Origin: the human T2T-CHM13v2.0 reference genome, Homo sapiens
Reading direction: 5' to 3'
NCBI GenBank assembly: GCA_009914755.4
Contig: CP068257.2
Span: forward strand, 35,360,001 to 35,424,000
DNA: 64,000 nucleotides
Translations under genes and position numbers: made by a program
Shown here: positions 14,791 to 33,520 of the stretch, in pieces
Layout: every line of letters begins with the position of its first letter
Position numbering within the stretch: the first letter of the stretch is position 1
Notes under the pieces: model-generated
What the model was told of the DNA's origin: nothing
The model's input: the letters and a program-made list of their open reading frames with translations, nothing else
Database searches by the model: none

Positions 14791-15219
14791 AACAATTACA
14801 AAGATTTAAAAGCCCTTCAATTTTGAGGATCCACCTTCTTTAAACAGCAGAGGGAGAAAGTGTATAAATTGAGTGACATTCACTGGAATTAGGAGATCCG
14901 GAGTGGAAATTTCCAGAGAAATTCCAAAAATCCTGGTGAGAAGAAAGGAATAGCCATAGCAGGCCCTGAGAATACAGAGCTTCCTAGCCAAGTCAAATCC
15001 GTCCCATCCTTCTCCCACCTCCACTCCCCCTCCCCTGGCACCAAGGGGGTCAGCAGAGGGAGCAGAAACCTTCAGCCACTCCCCTTCCTGCAGACCAGCA
15101 GCCCCAGCCCTGACCACAGCTGGCTGGCCTTGGAATGAAGCTTGAAGGACTGATAAATACCTGGGACTGGACGTACTAGTTTCTGAATTGAGAACAAGTT
15201 TGTGATTTAAAGTGATCTT

Positions 15220-15525
15220 GGCCGGGCGCAAATGGCTCACGCCTGTAATCCCTGCCCTTTGGGAGGCTTAGGCGGGCAGATCACCTGAGGTCGGGAGATT
15301 GAGACCAGCCTGGCCAACATAGCGAACCCCCGTCTCTACTAAACATACAAAAATTAGCCAGGCATGGCGGCTTGCGCCTGTAATCCCAGCTACTCAGGAG
15401 GCTGAGACAGGAGAATCACTTGAGCCCAGGAAGTGGAGGTTGCAGTGAGCCAAGATCTCACTACTGCACTCCAGCCTGGGCAATGGAGCAAGACTGCATC
15501 TCAAAACAAACAAACAAACAAATCA
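15220..15525 (+). mobile_element. Alu (full length), (CAAA)n tail
   Basis: GGCCGGGCGCAAATGGCTCACGCCTGTAATCCCTGCCCTTTGGGAGGC... Confidence 0.9.
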
Positions 15526-16370
15526 ATAAAGTGACTCTAAGATTGTCCCCAACCTAACATGAGCAGAAACGTTTTGGGTCTGTGTTATGAGTTCAATTGT
15601 ATCCTCCTAAAAAAGCTATGTTAAAGTCCTAAATGCTCGCATACCTGAGAATATGACCTCCTTTGAAAACAAGGTCGTTGCAGATGTAATTAGTTAAGAT
15701 GAGGTCACACTCACCTAATATGCCTGGTGTCTTTGTGATAATATGGACATATGGCGACAGAGGGACTGGGAGAATGCCACGTGACAACAAAGGCAGAGGC
15801 TGGCCCAATGCTGCAAACCACCGAAGCAAGGAAGAAGCGAGGAAGACTTGAGGAAGGATCCCCCACAGGTTTCAGAGGGAGCACAGCCCTCCTGCCACTT
15901 TAATTTTGAACTTCTAGGCTCAAGAATTGCGAGACAAAATTCTGTTGTTTTAAGGCACCCCGTTTGTAGTACTTTGCTGCAGAGGCCCTGAGAGTCCAAT
16001 TCAGCCCTATTAGCTTTTTCATCCGGGGCAAGTGAAGATACTCTCTACTGGATACAGATAGAGATGGTAGAAGATAAAGCTGTGTTTCTCACGTCCTGTG
16101 AGTTATGCATGCAAGGTACCAGTTACTCAACTGTCCTGTGGACTAAATCTCTTTAAGGGACTAAGGGAGCTTACCAGGCCCCTGGTAAGGAGGCCTAGGC
16201 CCATAGGTGGTACCAAAGCAAAAGGGACCTAGCACAGTGGTGAAAAACTCCAGCATACCTTCTGGGAACTTGCCCTGCAGATACGGTCATCTGTGTGCAA
16301 AATGGTGTATGTGTGTACAAGGTTATTCACTGAGGCATTGTTTGCAATAACAGAAGGTTGGAAACCACTA

Positions 16371-17472
<1,102 letters not shown>

Positions 17473-17611
17473 AATTGGGAGGAAGCAAGAAAGAAAAAGA
17501 GTAAGGGACCTGTTTGTATACTAATAGAGAAATAGAAATATCTGGAATACAGTAACCTCCCTTTTGTGTAAAAGGCAGGGAGGCTGATAAGAAAATAATA
17601 TAACTGTATTT

Positions 17612-17979
<368 letters not shown>

Positions 17980-18345
17980 CTATCAGTACACAGCCAAGGG
18001 TGAAATAGGCCATGGCTAGAAGTGAACAAAGTTATTTACTCACAGAAAATGGGCAGTGGGCTAGGCATATTTACTCATCTTTATTTCAAACGTTAGAAAA
18101 GAATTCCTGTACATTTCTAGGAGCCATAGATGCCCAGGATACCAATGCTTTTACTTCCTCACATTCTTCATGCTTCTGTAGCCGCAGAGCAAAATATAGA
18201 TAGTGTTTTCTATAGGTACACTATAAGAACCCAGAGAGGCAGAGGAAACTGGATGGGTCTGAATTCCAACCCATCAGAACAGAAGCTAAGTTTCAGTGTG
18301 ACCCACAGCCTGACTAGTTTTCATTCAGGATTGGTCTTTCAGTTC

Positions 18346-18660
18346 CAGGCCGGGAGCATGGTGGCTCATGCCTGTAATCCCAGGACTTTGGGAAGCTGAG
18401 GCGGGAGGATCAATTGAGTCCGGGAGTTTGAGACCAACTCAGGCATTATAGTGAGACTCCATCTCTACAGAAAATTTAAAAAGTAGGCATGGTGGTACAT
18501 ACCTGTAGTCTCAACTACTTGGGAGGCTGAGGTGGGAGGATCTCTCGAGCCAAGGAGGTCGAGGCTGCAGTAAGCCATGATGACACCACTGCACTCTAGC
18601 CTGGGTGACAGAGCGAGACCCTGTCTCAAAAAAAAAAAAAAAGAGAGAAAAAGAAAAAAA
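18346..18660 (+). mobile_element. Alu (full length)
   Basis: GGCCGGGAGCATGGTGGCTCATGCCTGTAATCCCAGGACTTTGGGAAGCTGAGG... A-rich tail. Confidence 0.9.
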
Positions 18661-18721
18661 TGAGTTCCACATCTTGCTCGCAGCCCATTCTCTATGAATT
18701 GAGAGATGACAGAAGATGACT

Positions 18722-18752
<31 letters not shown>

Positions 18753-19028
18753 GAGATGGAGTCTCGCTCTGTCAGGCTGGAGTAGTGCAGTGGTGCAATC
18801 TTGGCTCACTGCAACCTCTGCCTCCCGGGTTCAAGCAATTCTGCCTCAGCCTCCTGAGTAGCTGGGATTACAGGTGTGCACCACCACGCCTGGCTAATTT
18901 TTATATTTTTAGTAGAGACAGGGTTTCACCATGTTGGCCAGGATGTTGTCAATCTCCTGACCTCATGATCCACCCACCTCAGCCTCCCAAAGTGCTGGGA
19001 TTACAGGCGTGAGCCACCGCACCCAGCC
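18722..19028 (-). mobile_element. Alu (antisense) with (TTTTG)n head
   Basis: TTTTGTTTTGTTTTGTTTTTTTGAGATGGAGTCTCGCTCTGTCAGGCTGGAG... GAGCCACCGCACCCAGCC. Confidence 0.9.
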
Positions 19029-19721
19029 TGGATGACTTTTTAACCATGTGTTTGTGATCTTCTCCATGGCCTCTGCTGCTCAGCTTATTAATAGGTTGGT
19101 TGGCCATCTACAATTTATCTTTCATGTCTTTCCCCCAGAAAGCCAGTGTACCTGTGATGGGAGATCAATCCTGACAGCTCACAGAACGAGTCTGGTCTTC
19201 TGTGGAGCACACCTGCTAAGTCCCAGACTCTGCAGCAAGCCTGGCTGGCTTCACATCACACTCCTGATCTTCGGGGTGACTTTGAAGTAATGATTGAGCT
19301 TCTCTATGACTTGGTTTCCTCTCCTCAAAATATGGATAACCTACTTTCTCTCTTACATGCTTATTGTCAGGACTGAGTAAATTAAAATCCACAAACCACA
19401 GTCCTGGCACACAGTACATGCTCAATAAATGTTAAAGTTATAGTTACTACAGTAGCTATTATTAATGCAGTGGACATGTCTCCGCCTCAGCTTCCATTAT
19501 CTTGTCTGCAAAATGAAAAGATGAACCAGGAATGAGACTGAAGTTCTCTTCTAGCTCTGAGATCTGTAGGTCTGGCTTTCCTGATTTGCTTTGTCCATTT
19601 TTTTTTCCCACATGGCACTGTATGTGCCCAGGCAATATGTAACGAATAGGAGTTTCTTCTGTTTTCCTATAGAAACAACTAGAAGAGTGAATCTCATTAC
19701 ATTGACAAACTCAGGGACCAG

Positions 19722-20010
19722 GCCAGGCGCGGTGGCTCACACCTGTAATCCCAGCACTTTGGGAGGCCGAGGTGGATGGATCACTTGAGGCCAGGAGTTT
19801 GAGACCAGCCTGTGCAACATGGTGAAACCCCGTCTCTACTGAAAAGACAAAAATAGCCAGGTGTGGTGGTGCGCACCTGTAGTCCCAGCTACTCAGGAGG
19901 CTGAGGCAGGAGAATAGCTTGAACCAGGAGATGGAGGTTGCAGTGAGCTGAGACCACAGCACTGCACACCAGTCTGGGCAACAGAGTGAAACTACGGCTC
20001 AAAAAAAAAT
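19722..20010 (+). mobile_element. Alu (full length)
   Basis: GGCCAGGCGCGGTGGCTCACACCTGTAATCCCAGCACTTTGGGAGGCCGAGGTGGATGGATCAC... Confidence 0.9.
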
Positions 20011-20751
20011 GACCACACACTGGGCGGTTTACAACAACAGCAGTGTCTTGTCTCACAGCTCTGGGGCCTGAAGTCTGAAACCCAGGTGCCTGCAGCGTTG
20101 TTTCCTTGAAGAGGCTCTCGGGGAGAATCAGTCCCATGCCCCTCTCCCTCTCCTTGCATCTGATGTTGCCAGCAGACCTTGTGTTCCTTGGCTCCTAGAG
20201 GCTTCACTCCAGTCTCTGTGTCTGTCTTCTCATGGCTGTCTTCTCCGTGTGTCTCTGTGTTTCCAATCTCCTTCCGCCTTTTTCTTATGAGGACGCCTGT
20301 CATTGGATTTAGGTTCCACCCTGTGTTAGTCTGTTTTGTGCTGCTGTAATACAATGCCAGAGACTAGGTAATGATAAAAAAAAAAAAAAAGGAAATGGAT
20401 TTCATACAATTCTAGAGGCTAGGAAGCCCAAGGTCAAGGCACTGGTAGGATTGGTGTCTGGTGAGGGCCTGGTCTCTGCTTCCAAGATGGTGCCTTGAAT
20501 ACGGGGAGGAACGCTGTTCCTTACAAAGCAAAAGGGTATAAGAGTGAGAACCCACTCCTGACAGCCTTTTTTTTAAGGGCATTAAACCCATCCATGAGGG
20601 CAGAACTCTCATGGCCTAATCACCTGTTAAAGGCCCCACCTCCCAATACCATTACATTGAAAATTAAATTTCAACAACAGTTTGGGAGAGGACAAATATC
20701 CAATCCATAGTACACCCTAAATCCAGAATGATCTCCTCTCAAGATCCCTGC

Positions 20752-20812
20752 TACCACCTCCTTCTCCTCCTTCTCCTCCTCCTCTTCCTTCTCCTCCTTC
20801 TGCTTCTTATTG
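20752..20812. repeat. (CTCCTY)n polypyrimidine simple repeat
   Basis: ctccttctcctccttctcctcctcctcttccttctcctccttctgcttctt. Confidence 0.8.
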
Positions 20813-20814
20813 TT

Positions 20815-20975
20815 GTTATTTTAGAGACAGGGTCTTGCTTTACCTCCCAAGCTAGAGTGCAGTGGTGCGATCATAGCTTACTGCAGCCTCCAACCCCTGG
20901 GCTCAAGTGATCCTTCCACCTCAGCCTCCCGAGTAGCTGGGACTACAGTTGTGTACCAACATGCCTGGCTAGGAG
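20815..20975 (-). mobile_element. Alu partial (antisense, right arm)
   Basis: TTTTAGAGACAGGGTCTTGCTTTACCTCCCAAGCTAGAGTGCAGTGGTGCGATCATAGCTTACTGCAGCC... Confidence 0.7.
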
Positions 20976-21365
20976 TCTCTAATTTAATTGCATCTGCCAA
21001 GCCTCTTTTTCCAAGTAAGGTCACATTCACAGGTTCTGGGGGGCAGGGCTTAGACATAGATTTTTGGGGGCCACTGCTTAATGTACTGTAGGAGGGCCAC
21101 ATCCTGTGTACTACAGGGACAGCCTGAGGTGAGATTCTGCTACCTACCACGTGCCACCTGTGGATAAAACTTTCTGCTTTCCGTGTTTTCTCATGGTGGG
21201 TGTTAGCTCAAAGTACATAATTAAATTGGACGACTCCATAGTACTTCTTCATTTTCTTCTGAAGCTAGCTGAGCAGTGACTGAAACAGAGGAAACCCCTG
21301 CCCTCATGGAACTGACACACTCCTAGGAAAGGCAGACAACAAGTAAAACAAATAGGTAAGAGACA

Positions 21366-21704
<339 letters not shown>

Positions 21705-22104
21705 TTATGTTAAATGTAATGGAGAAAACTGAAGCAGGGAAGGAGGCTAGGGAATGCCACGGTACACGTGTCTTTGTGAGTGTGAAGGAGAGAGAGGCTT
21801 TAAACAGGTGTCCAGAGAAGGCGTCATCCCCGGAGGAGATCGGAGTCAGACCTGAAGGAGGTGAGGTGGCAGGCCATGCAGACGTCTGGAAGGACAGTGT
21901 TGCAGGCAGAGGCCCTGAGACATGAATGTGCCTGGGAGGCTCCCAGGCCAGAAACAGTCCAGAGGGAAGGGGGTCTGTGGGGAGTGGGGTAGGGAAGGTA
22001 AAGCCAGGGCTATAGATGGTTCCAGCTTCCAGACATCAGTCATGGCATGGTTAAGCTAGGGATGTCTGCAGTCATGCAGAAACGCTTCTTCTTCTTCTTC
22101 TTTT

Positions 22105-22588
<484 letters not shown>

Positions 22589-22639
22589 TTTTTTTTTCCC
22601 GAAAGCTAACGTGGGCCTTAACATAAGGATTCAAAAACA

Positions 22640-23675
<1,036 letters not shown>

Positions 23676-24651
23676 TTAGGAGCAGATAACAGGAAATACG
23701 GTCTAACTAAACAGAAGAAAAGGAAATTATCATTTCCCTGCTTGTCTTCAGCACTGTTTATGTAAAAATATTCTGACCTCTTAGATGTTCTGAGTTTTGG
23801 GATCCTCTTCCTAGGCAGGCCGGAAACCTTCAGGGCTGACATCTTTACTTTTTGTTTCCAGGCAACAGTGGAGAGTCAGCATATGAAAAAGAATTTTTAA
23901 TTAAAGACAGCAGGAGAAGAAATAGAATCTCCATTTTATTTAACTCCCGGGCAGAGAGGGTTTCACACACTTGAAGTTCAGCAATTTTTCCCAGTTTATA
24001 AGCCAGGGGCCTAATTAAGTTTCTTAAGATTTCTACCCCTTCCCCAAATTACTTCCTCTATTATAAAGACCTCCCATGGACTCAAACAAAGTTTAAGAAA
24101 TAGTTTAAAATACTTGGTAACACAAAAGGTCTTTGAATTCCCAACTACCTCAATGGCAATTTATTTTGTTCACTGTATTTTAATTCCTGCACCTGCAAAA
24201 GAAAAACTAAAAAACAAACAAACAAAAAACTCTCATTTTACATTACCAGTAAATTTATTTTTCATTAAACACATTTTCAACAAAAACACGCATAATTATG
24301 GATTTTAATTATGGTTTATGTAGCTACATTCTACCTCCCCGAGGACAGATTATCCACATAAATTATTTGGAATTCTTCTACTAAGGAAATTTGTCTATTC
24401 TCCCCATATTTTCAATTATTCAATATTTACTGATATCAATATAAGCTCAAGAGTATTTATTTTATACCTCGAGTTATAAACAAATATTACTTTATTTTGT
24501 TGCTCAAATTGTCCCAGCTTTGGCCATGGTGGTCTTATATTGTACTTGGCCGAAGGAAAAAAAAAAAGAGAGAGAAAATAGACTGTCTACTGCCTGCAGG
24601 TGCTGAGTTTGGTCTTTTTGCTCTTTAAATTTATTTTTATTTTATTTTATA

Positions 24652-25300
<649 letters not shown>

Positions 25301-25529
25301 GTGGCATTCACTTTCTACAGCCCAGGTATCTGACAGGAACTCGAGTCCTGCTTCTCTGTACCAGTTACTTAACCTCTGGGAAGTCCAGTTTCTTAATCTG
25401 TAAACTGAGGATAATGCCTGATTTGCAGGGTTAGAGGGAGGATTATAAATTAATGTATGCTCCAGAAAAGACCAAATGATTCTACCTCTGTGAGGTGCCT
25501 GGAATGGTCAAATGCATAGATACAGAAAG

Positions 25530-25745
25530 CGGAATGGTGGTTACCAATGGCAGGGGGTGGGGAATGAGGAGTTACTGTTTCACGGGTACAGAGTTTGGTT
25601 TGGGATGATGAAAAAGTTCTGGAGATGGGGGGCCGGTTGCACAACAATGTGAGTGGATTTATTGCCACTGAATTGTACATTTGAAAATGGTTAAAATGGT
25701 AAATTTTATGTTATGTACCTTTTGCCACAATAAAAAGTAATATAT
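25530..25745 (+). mobile_element. L1 3'-end fragment (sense)
   Basis: gaatggtggttaccaatggcagggggtggggaatgaggagttactgtttcacgggtacagagtttggtttgggatgatgaaaaagttctggagatgg... resembles the L1 3' UTR. Confidence 0.75.
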
Positions 25746-26114
25746 TCATTGTTGAAAATTTAGAAAACAAGTTTTAAAGCCCCTCCAAATCTTTGGTAAT
25801 GTCAGCACTCAGCAGGCACTTCTGTTTTATTTGTAGCCTTTGAATATATAGTTCACATCCTATGCATACAGTTTTGTTCTTTCCACATGGTCATGTTTTT
25901 CCTATGCTGTCCAAAACTCTGTAAACATATTTTTATTAACTGCATACTATTCTACCGTCATTTGTTTAATCATTGCCATATTTTTGGACATAGTTTTTCA
26001 ACAGTGTAAGCAGCGCTCTCTGATTAAATACATCTTCATTCCCATTTCAGAATACATCTACAGTATAGACACAAGTAGAATTACTGGGACAAAAGGTGAA
26101 CTTTCATTTTTGTT

Positions 26115-26592
<478 letters not shown>

Positions 26593-26639
26593 TCATTTTC
26601 TTTTCTTTTTTTAAAAAATTATATATATATATATTTGAG

Positions 26640-26925
26640 AAAAATAACAGCGTCTCACTCTGTGGCCCAGGCTGGGCTGCAGTGGTGTGATCATGTCTTA
26701 CTGCAGCCTCAACTTCCTCGAGCTCAGGTAATCCTCCCACCTCAGCCTCCTGAGTAGCTGGGACCACAGGCCCACTCCACCACGCCTGGTTAATTTTTGT
26801 ATTTTTGTAGAGACGGGGTTTCACCACTCCGGCCAGGCTGGTCTGGAACTCTTGACCTCAAGTGATCTGCCTGCCTCTGCTTCCCAAAGTGTGCAGATTA
26901 CAGGATTGAGCCACCGCGCCCTGCC
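26640..26925 (-). mobile_element. Alu (antisense)
   Basis: CAGCGTCTCACTCTGTGGCCCAGGCTGGGCTGCAGTGGTG... GAGCCACCGCGCCCTGCC. Confidence 0.85.
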
Positions 26926-27134
26926 CAGTGTTCTTGTAAAACCCCATTCTGCATTTAGATTAAATATGGTACCTTATTGTTGCAATATGGCCCACTAATG
27001 TTCTTTGCCTCCTTCTAGCCTCCTCCCATTAATTCCCCCCTCTTAAATGTTTGCCTTTATTTAGATTTAATTATTGTTGCTCAAAATCTTAATTAAAAAA
27101 ATGTGAAAACACTTTAATGTCTGAAGTTCTTCGA

Positions 27135-27757
<623 letters not shown>

Positions 27758-27789
27758 TAGTTCTTCGATTTTTTAACATCCATCACAGT

Positions 27790-29600
27790 AACTTAAATTA
27801 TATAAAGTAACTACCCCTGAGGAGCCCGGGGTAGTTGAAGGCCCTCCAGCGCCTTCGGTGTTCTGTCGCAGTGCTCTACGTGTGAAACCGCTTTCTCCCA
27901 CCCTGGCCGTGCGCTGGTGATGGTGGCAGCGGCGCTCCAGCGACGCCCGGGGAAGTGTCCCCAGGGTCGGGCAAGGTCGCTTCTGCTGGTCGGGAGGCCC
28001 TTTCTAAGCCTGGCTGGGGCTAACCGAAGGAGAAGCCCGCCGCTCCAGGCTTTATTAAAAATTCGCATTCTTTCCAAGGCCGCCATCGGTGGGAAGGGTG
28101 CGCTCGTAGCACCCCTCTTGCTCGGTTCCATTCCTGGCCTTCTGTCTCCTGGAAGGGTCGCCGCGCCCCACCCCACCCGCTTCGCCACGGGTTCGAGCCC
28201 TGGCGTCGGGGCGTCCGGGAGCCCACTGTCCAGCACCGAAGGCAAGGCCGGTGCACGCGGACCCGAGGATTCGGTAGATGTCCCCGAAGACCCGCTGCCG
28301 CTCTAAGGCGGTGGAAGCGAGATTCTCCGGAAACCCAGGGAATCCGATGCTCGCACAGGACCAAAGCCCGAGGCCGCGGGGACCACAGAGGGACGGAGAA
28401 GCCGGGACTCCTCACATCCCACATCCGGCAGGGGAAGCCCAGCAGGTGAGCGCAGGTCCCCCCAGTCCCCGAGGGAGTGCGCCCGACGGAAACGCCCCTA
28501 GCCCGCGGGCCTCGCTTTCCTCTCCCGGGTTCCTGGGTCACTTCCCGCTGTCTCCAGCCCGAGCTCGTGGCCCCAATCCCTGGTACCTCCATCCTCTGGT
28601 CACCCCTTCTCTGGTGCCCCCTCCCCGACTTTTCTTTGTCCCGTCCCCACCCTTGCCCGGGCCTGCCGGACCCCCCTCCTTGACACCCGGCGCCACCTCC
28701 TTGAGCTTTTCTCGTCTCCTCCCCATCCCCGGCTCCCTGGTCCCCTCCCGGAACTTCTCTGGTCCCCTCCGCTCCTCCGACCCGGGCTTTTCCTTCGTAC
28801 CCTGCGGCCCCCTCCGCACCCCTCACGGAGCTCCTCGGGTCCTGCCCCCTCCCAGCGCTTGCCCGCGCCGCCCCGCCCCCGTTTTTAAACCTGGCGCGCG
28901 GGTAGGTGAGCGCGTTAGCCCGAGTGGATCTAGGCGCGCTCGTAGGCCGGCGCCGCAGCAAGGGGCGCGGGCTCCGCCGGCACCATGGAGCCCGAAGCGG
29001 CGGCCGGAGCCCGGAAGGCGCGGGGGCGCGGCTGTCACTGCCCCGGGGACGCTCCCTGGAGGCCTCCGCCACCGCGCGGGCCGGAGAGGTGAGGGTGGCC
29101 CCGCGCCCCGGTGGACGCGCTGAGAGGCGTGCGCGGTGGCGGTGCGGGGAGCGCAGCGAGCGGGAGGCTGGGGCGCTGCTGAACCCCCGATCCCCAGCGG
29201 AGCTCCGGAGCTCGACGGCGACGCCAAGCAAGCTCCTGAGCCGGCAGCCGGGTTCCCGGGAGGGGCGCTCAGTTCTCCGGTTCCAACGCACAGCTCTGAA
29301 GTGCGGAGGCCCAGGATGTAGCTGGCCAGGAAAGGGGCCGACGCTTCCGTGTAGAGGAGATCTCAGTTAGCCAGCCGGGGACACTGCAGTCTCGGGCTCC
29401 TAAGCCAGCCTTGCAAAGGCAATCTCTCACCTTGCTACTTTCTCGGTAGCCGTTTCTGTTGTCCCTGGATTGGGGGCTCGGCGTTCGCTGTCCCTGGGCA
29501 CCAACCCTTTTAAAGACAGTAACGTTGTAGGAAATCAAATTAGCCAGGGAGGTAGGGAAGGGACCGGGTAGGCCGGATGGGCCAGGTAGCCAGGCAGGAG
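27790..29600. promoter_or_regulatory. RIPPLY3: CpG island spanning the RIPPLY3 promoter, exon 1 and 5' part of intron 1
   Basis: About 1.8 kb of high GC and dense CpG; GC boxes (CCCCGCCCCC at about 28868); no TATA box; ATG in context GCACCATGG at 28985. Confidence 0.75.
28985..29088 (+). CDS. RIPPLY3: RIPPLY3 coding exon 1 ([34 protein letters not shown] + 2 nt); 5'UTR extends upstream to an undetermined TSS (about 28900)
   Basis: ATG at 28985 in good Kozak context. There are 34 codons plus AG, then the donor GAGAG|gtgagg at 29089. Phase is continuous with exon 2. Confidence 0.85.
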
Positions 29601-29611
29601 AAAGATTCCCT

Positions 29612-29918
29612 CTTTTTTTTTTTTTTTTTTTTTTTTTGAGACAGGGTCTCACTGTGTCGCCCAGGCTGGAGTGCAATGGCGTGATCTCGGCTCACGGGAA
29701 CCTCCGCCTCCCGGGTTCAAGCGATTTTCCTGCCTCAGCCTCCTGAGTAGCAGGGATTACACGCGCCTGCCACCACGCCCGGCTAATTTTTGTATTTTTA
29801 GTAGAGACTGGGTTTCGCCATGTTGGCCAGGCTGGTCTCGAACTCCTGACCTCGAGTGATCCAGTAACCTCAGCCTCCCAAAGTGCTGGGATTACAGGTG
29901 TGAGCCACCGCGCCCAGC
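29612..29918 (-). mobile_element. Alu (antisense) in RIPPLY3 intron 1
   Basis: 26-nt poly-T GAGACAGGGTCTCACTGTGTCGCCCAGGCTGGAGTGCAATGGCG... GAGCCACCGCGCCCAGCC. Confidence 0.9.
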
Positions 29919-30367
29919 CCCCTTTTTTTGTTTGTTTGTTTTTCATCCTACAACTCTGTAAAATCATCTCTGTAGAATCAATCTCCTTCCGTGACCAAGG
30001 TGGTGTGATTGAAATTAACCGGGGACAAAGTAGACAGCTATAGTTGGGGAACCCCGAATTGAACAATTCAGCCAGGATTTGCAGGGAGAGAAATCTCTCA
30101 ACTAATGGGTTCCCTGATAATTGTGTGAGATTCGGGACCTCCCTTCTCAAAGCTTAACTGGAGACAGAGAACTGGGGACGTAGCAGGAGAGAAAAAACAC
30201 AAATGACAGTAATTTATCCACAGCCCTGAGAACTCCAGGGAAAGTTCCTGGGGGGTCCGGTGCCTCTTTTTCAGGCAGACACTGGAACTAAGAATAGCTC
30301 TCATGGCATAGTTTGAAGGCAGCAGAAGTGCCCAGGGTTCACTCTCTCCTGGCGCTTGCCGTTCCAG

Positions 30368-30434
30368 CCCCGCGCCGTGGCGACCTTGGATCCAGACACC
30401 TGGAGATGCTGAGCTGACCAGAACTGGAAGGCCG
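30368..30434 (+). CDS. RIPPLY3: RIPPLY3 coding exon 2 (completes Ser35, then [22 protein letters not shown]), containing the WRPW motif
   Basis: Acceptor ctctcctggcgcttgccgttccag|CC at 30367/30368. The exon is 67 nt and open in the incoming phase. Donor GGCCG|gtaagg at 30435. WRPW is the Groucho/TLE-binding tetrapeptide of Ripply proteins. Confidence 0.85.
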
Positions 30435-30687
30435 GTAAGGTTCAGTGCGGGCGTTGTAGGTAACCCTTCCAGCCAGAAAGTGGCATCGTCTTTTAAAATA
30501 CAGGGACCGTGAATGGCCTTCTGCGCAGGGCCGTCCCTTGGGCGTCTAACCCAGGAGCGCCTCGGGGTCTGGGAGTTGGAACCTGAATGAGTAAGGTGTT
30601 AATCAGACCTGACTCGCATTATAGATTGGGCTCCTGGTGGCTTCTCCTTCCTAAAAAAGCATACCCACTATAAAAGCATAATCGTAG

Positions 30688-30990
<303 letters not shown>

Positions 30991-32422
30991 CCGTAGTCGT
31001 TTCATGGGAATTATAAGGAATGTCCTCCCTGTTGCGGTTTCTTCTGCAAAGCAACAGGTCGGGAGGGGAGGGGAGAGGCTGCCACTATCGCTTGCCTTGG
31101 AGAAAAGCTTAGAGCACCATTAGCGTTGGGCCGGTGCCACAGAGCAAATAGGACTGAGCCCCATCTGAGGTGCCCAGAGTTGCCGTTAAAAGCCCCCACC
31201 CCGCGTCTGGCCCTTTCTGAAGCACTTTCAGCCCCGTCAAGCACTCCTGGGGTATCTCATGTTGTCTGAGCAAATACACTCAAGCAGAGGGCTTTGTGGG
31301 CAAGATTAATGACCTCCACCATTCTTTTGTTACTCTGCATTGGTAACTCAGTTGCTTTATACTTACTGATGTACTGACTTGCTTTCATAGAATTTACCTT
31401 TCCTTTGTTACATTTTAAAATATAAATTGATGACTTTTACTTAATTTTTTTTTTTTTGATGACTCTTAAAACACTGAAGAATTAGGCTGGGAAAGACCAT
31501 GTATTGAATTTACGTAACACGTGTTATATGGACTAACGTGCAGTTATTTGTAATATGGTAAGAAAACTTGATTGTGGGAAAACAGACCTTCACCGTATTT
31601 TGATATTTACACGACTTTATTAAATTAATCTGAATATTGGGAATTTTAATTTACTTCAAAGAAGGAAGCAGATAAAAGATAAATCAATTAACAAGAGATG
31701 ATTTTTAGTCCCCGATTATTTATACATATATCTAAATAATGTAAAATCCCTTCTTTTGCATTCAAACTTAGTTCTTAAACATAAAATTTAAAGGTGCTTG
31801 TGTGAGAATATAGATGTTTACAATTATCCAGTTTTCTTTTAAATGAAATGGATGTGGAGCCTATCAGTTTCTTGCAGGAATAAAAATACGATAGCACGCT
31901 CCCTAAGTAAGACAGATGGTTTTGGGTTTTGTTTTCTGTTTTGATAAGGCCGTTTGTGAGAAAAATTTACTTGCAGAGAAATGTTAAACGTTAACTTTCT
32001 CGCTGATCAGCAGGTAGCCTGTCACGCTGAAGTAGTTCTGTCCACGGATGTGGGTGTGGGAAGAGTGGTTGTTCCCTGGGGGCTGTAGAGCCCGCCAATC
32101 CTCACCCCTAGCCCGGAGCCCGCTCTTTGCAGAGCCCAGCTGGTTGCGCAGAGCGACCAGCGCCAGTCTGTGCTCTGGTACTGTGCACCGCCCTGGGTTC
32201 CCTGCAGTCCACCGACGAGAGCTGCCCAGCGCAGGGAAGGAACGCTTCTTGCTCAACAGCGCCCTCGCCCGACAAAGCAGGACAATTCCCCAGCTCCCAA
32301 GCCCTCTTCTGTATTTCTCAAAAATGCCATTGGCTGGAGTGGCGGTGAAGAGGACTAACGCCTGGTGACCTGTACCAGGGCTCCCGGCAAGCAAAGCAAA
32401 ACTAGAATAAAACCTCAAGTAG

Positions 32423-32776
<354 letters not shown>

Positions 32777-33204
32777 TCACCCTCACCCACTTCATGCCCC
32801 TACAACACTTAGGGAGCTATCTCCCTCCCCTACCTGCACCTTTCTTGATCTCTGTTGCGTTTCCCTCCTGGCCACTTGCGGGCACTGTCAGGGAGGCAGT
32901 TTCCTGGAAAACATCAGGGACTGTTTGTTCTTCTGGGCCTGCCCTATCTGCCAGGCTCCCACTTCTTAGCCCTAGCCCGGTCAGAGACTCGAACGGGGAG
33001 GAGAAGGCTGACCCCCACTGAAAGCCTCTCTGCACCTGTCAGTCCTCAGGCTCATAGGAAAACACACTCGCACATATGTTAAACGCAGTGCTTGCGTTGT
33101 GCACATTTCTGTTCTCGTGTTTCATTATAAAATGTGAATATTTAGACATTTCCCTCAGCAGACAAAGGATCCTTTTGGAAAACAATCAGGATATTTATGG
33201 CATT

Positions 33205-33520
33205 TTTTTTTTTTTGAGGCGGAGTTTCGCTCTTGTCGCCCAGGCTGGAGTGCAATGGTGCAGTCTCAGCTCACTGCAATCTCAGCTCACTGCAGCCTCT
33301 GCCTCCCAGGTTCAAGCGATTCGCCTGCCTCAGCCTCCAAGTAGCTGGGATTACAAGCGTGCGCCACCACGCCCGGCTAATTTTTGTATTTGTAGTAGGG
33401 ACGGGGGTTTCACTATGTTGGCCAGGCTGGTCTCGAACTCCTGACCTCAGATCGTGATGCTCCTGCCTCCGCCTCCCACAGTGCTGGTAATTACGGGCGT
33501 GAGCCACTGCGCCCTGCCTG
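33205..33520 (-). mobile_element. Alu (antisense)
   Basis: poly-T GAGGCGGAGTTTCGCTCTTGTCGCCCAGGCTGGAGTGCAATGG...; internal duplication CTCAGCTCACTGCAA x2. Confidence 0.9.

Noticed and set aside
28020-29370. 423-aa minus-strand ORF and 281/154-aa plus-strand ORFs across the RIPPLY3 CpG island
   Set aside because: Same GC-composition artefact. The real coding frame of exon 1 is a short 34-codon stretch in a different frame that only makes sense after splicing.
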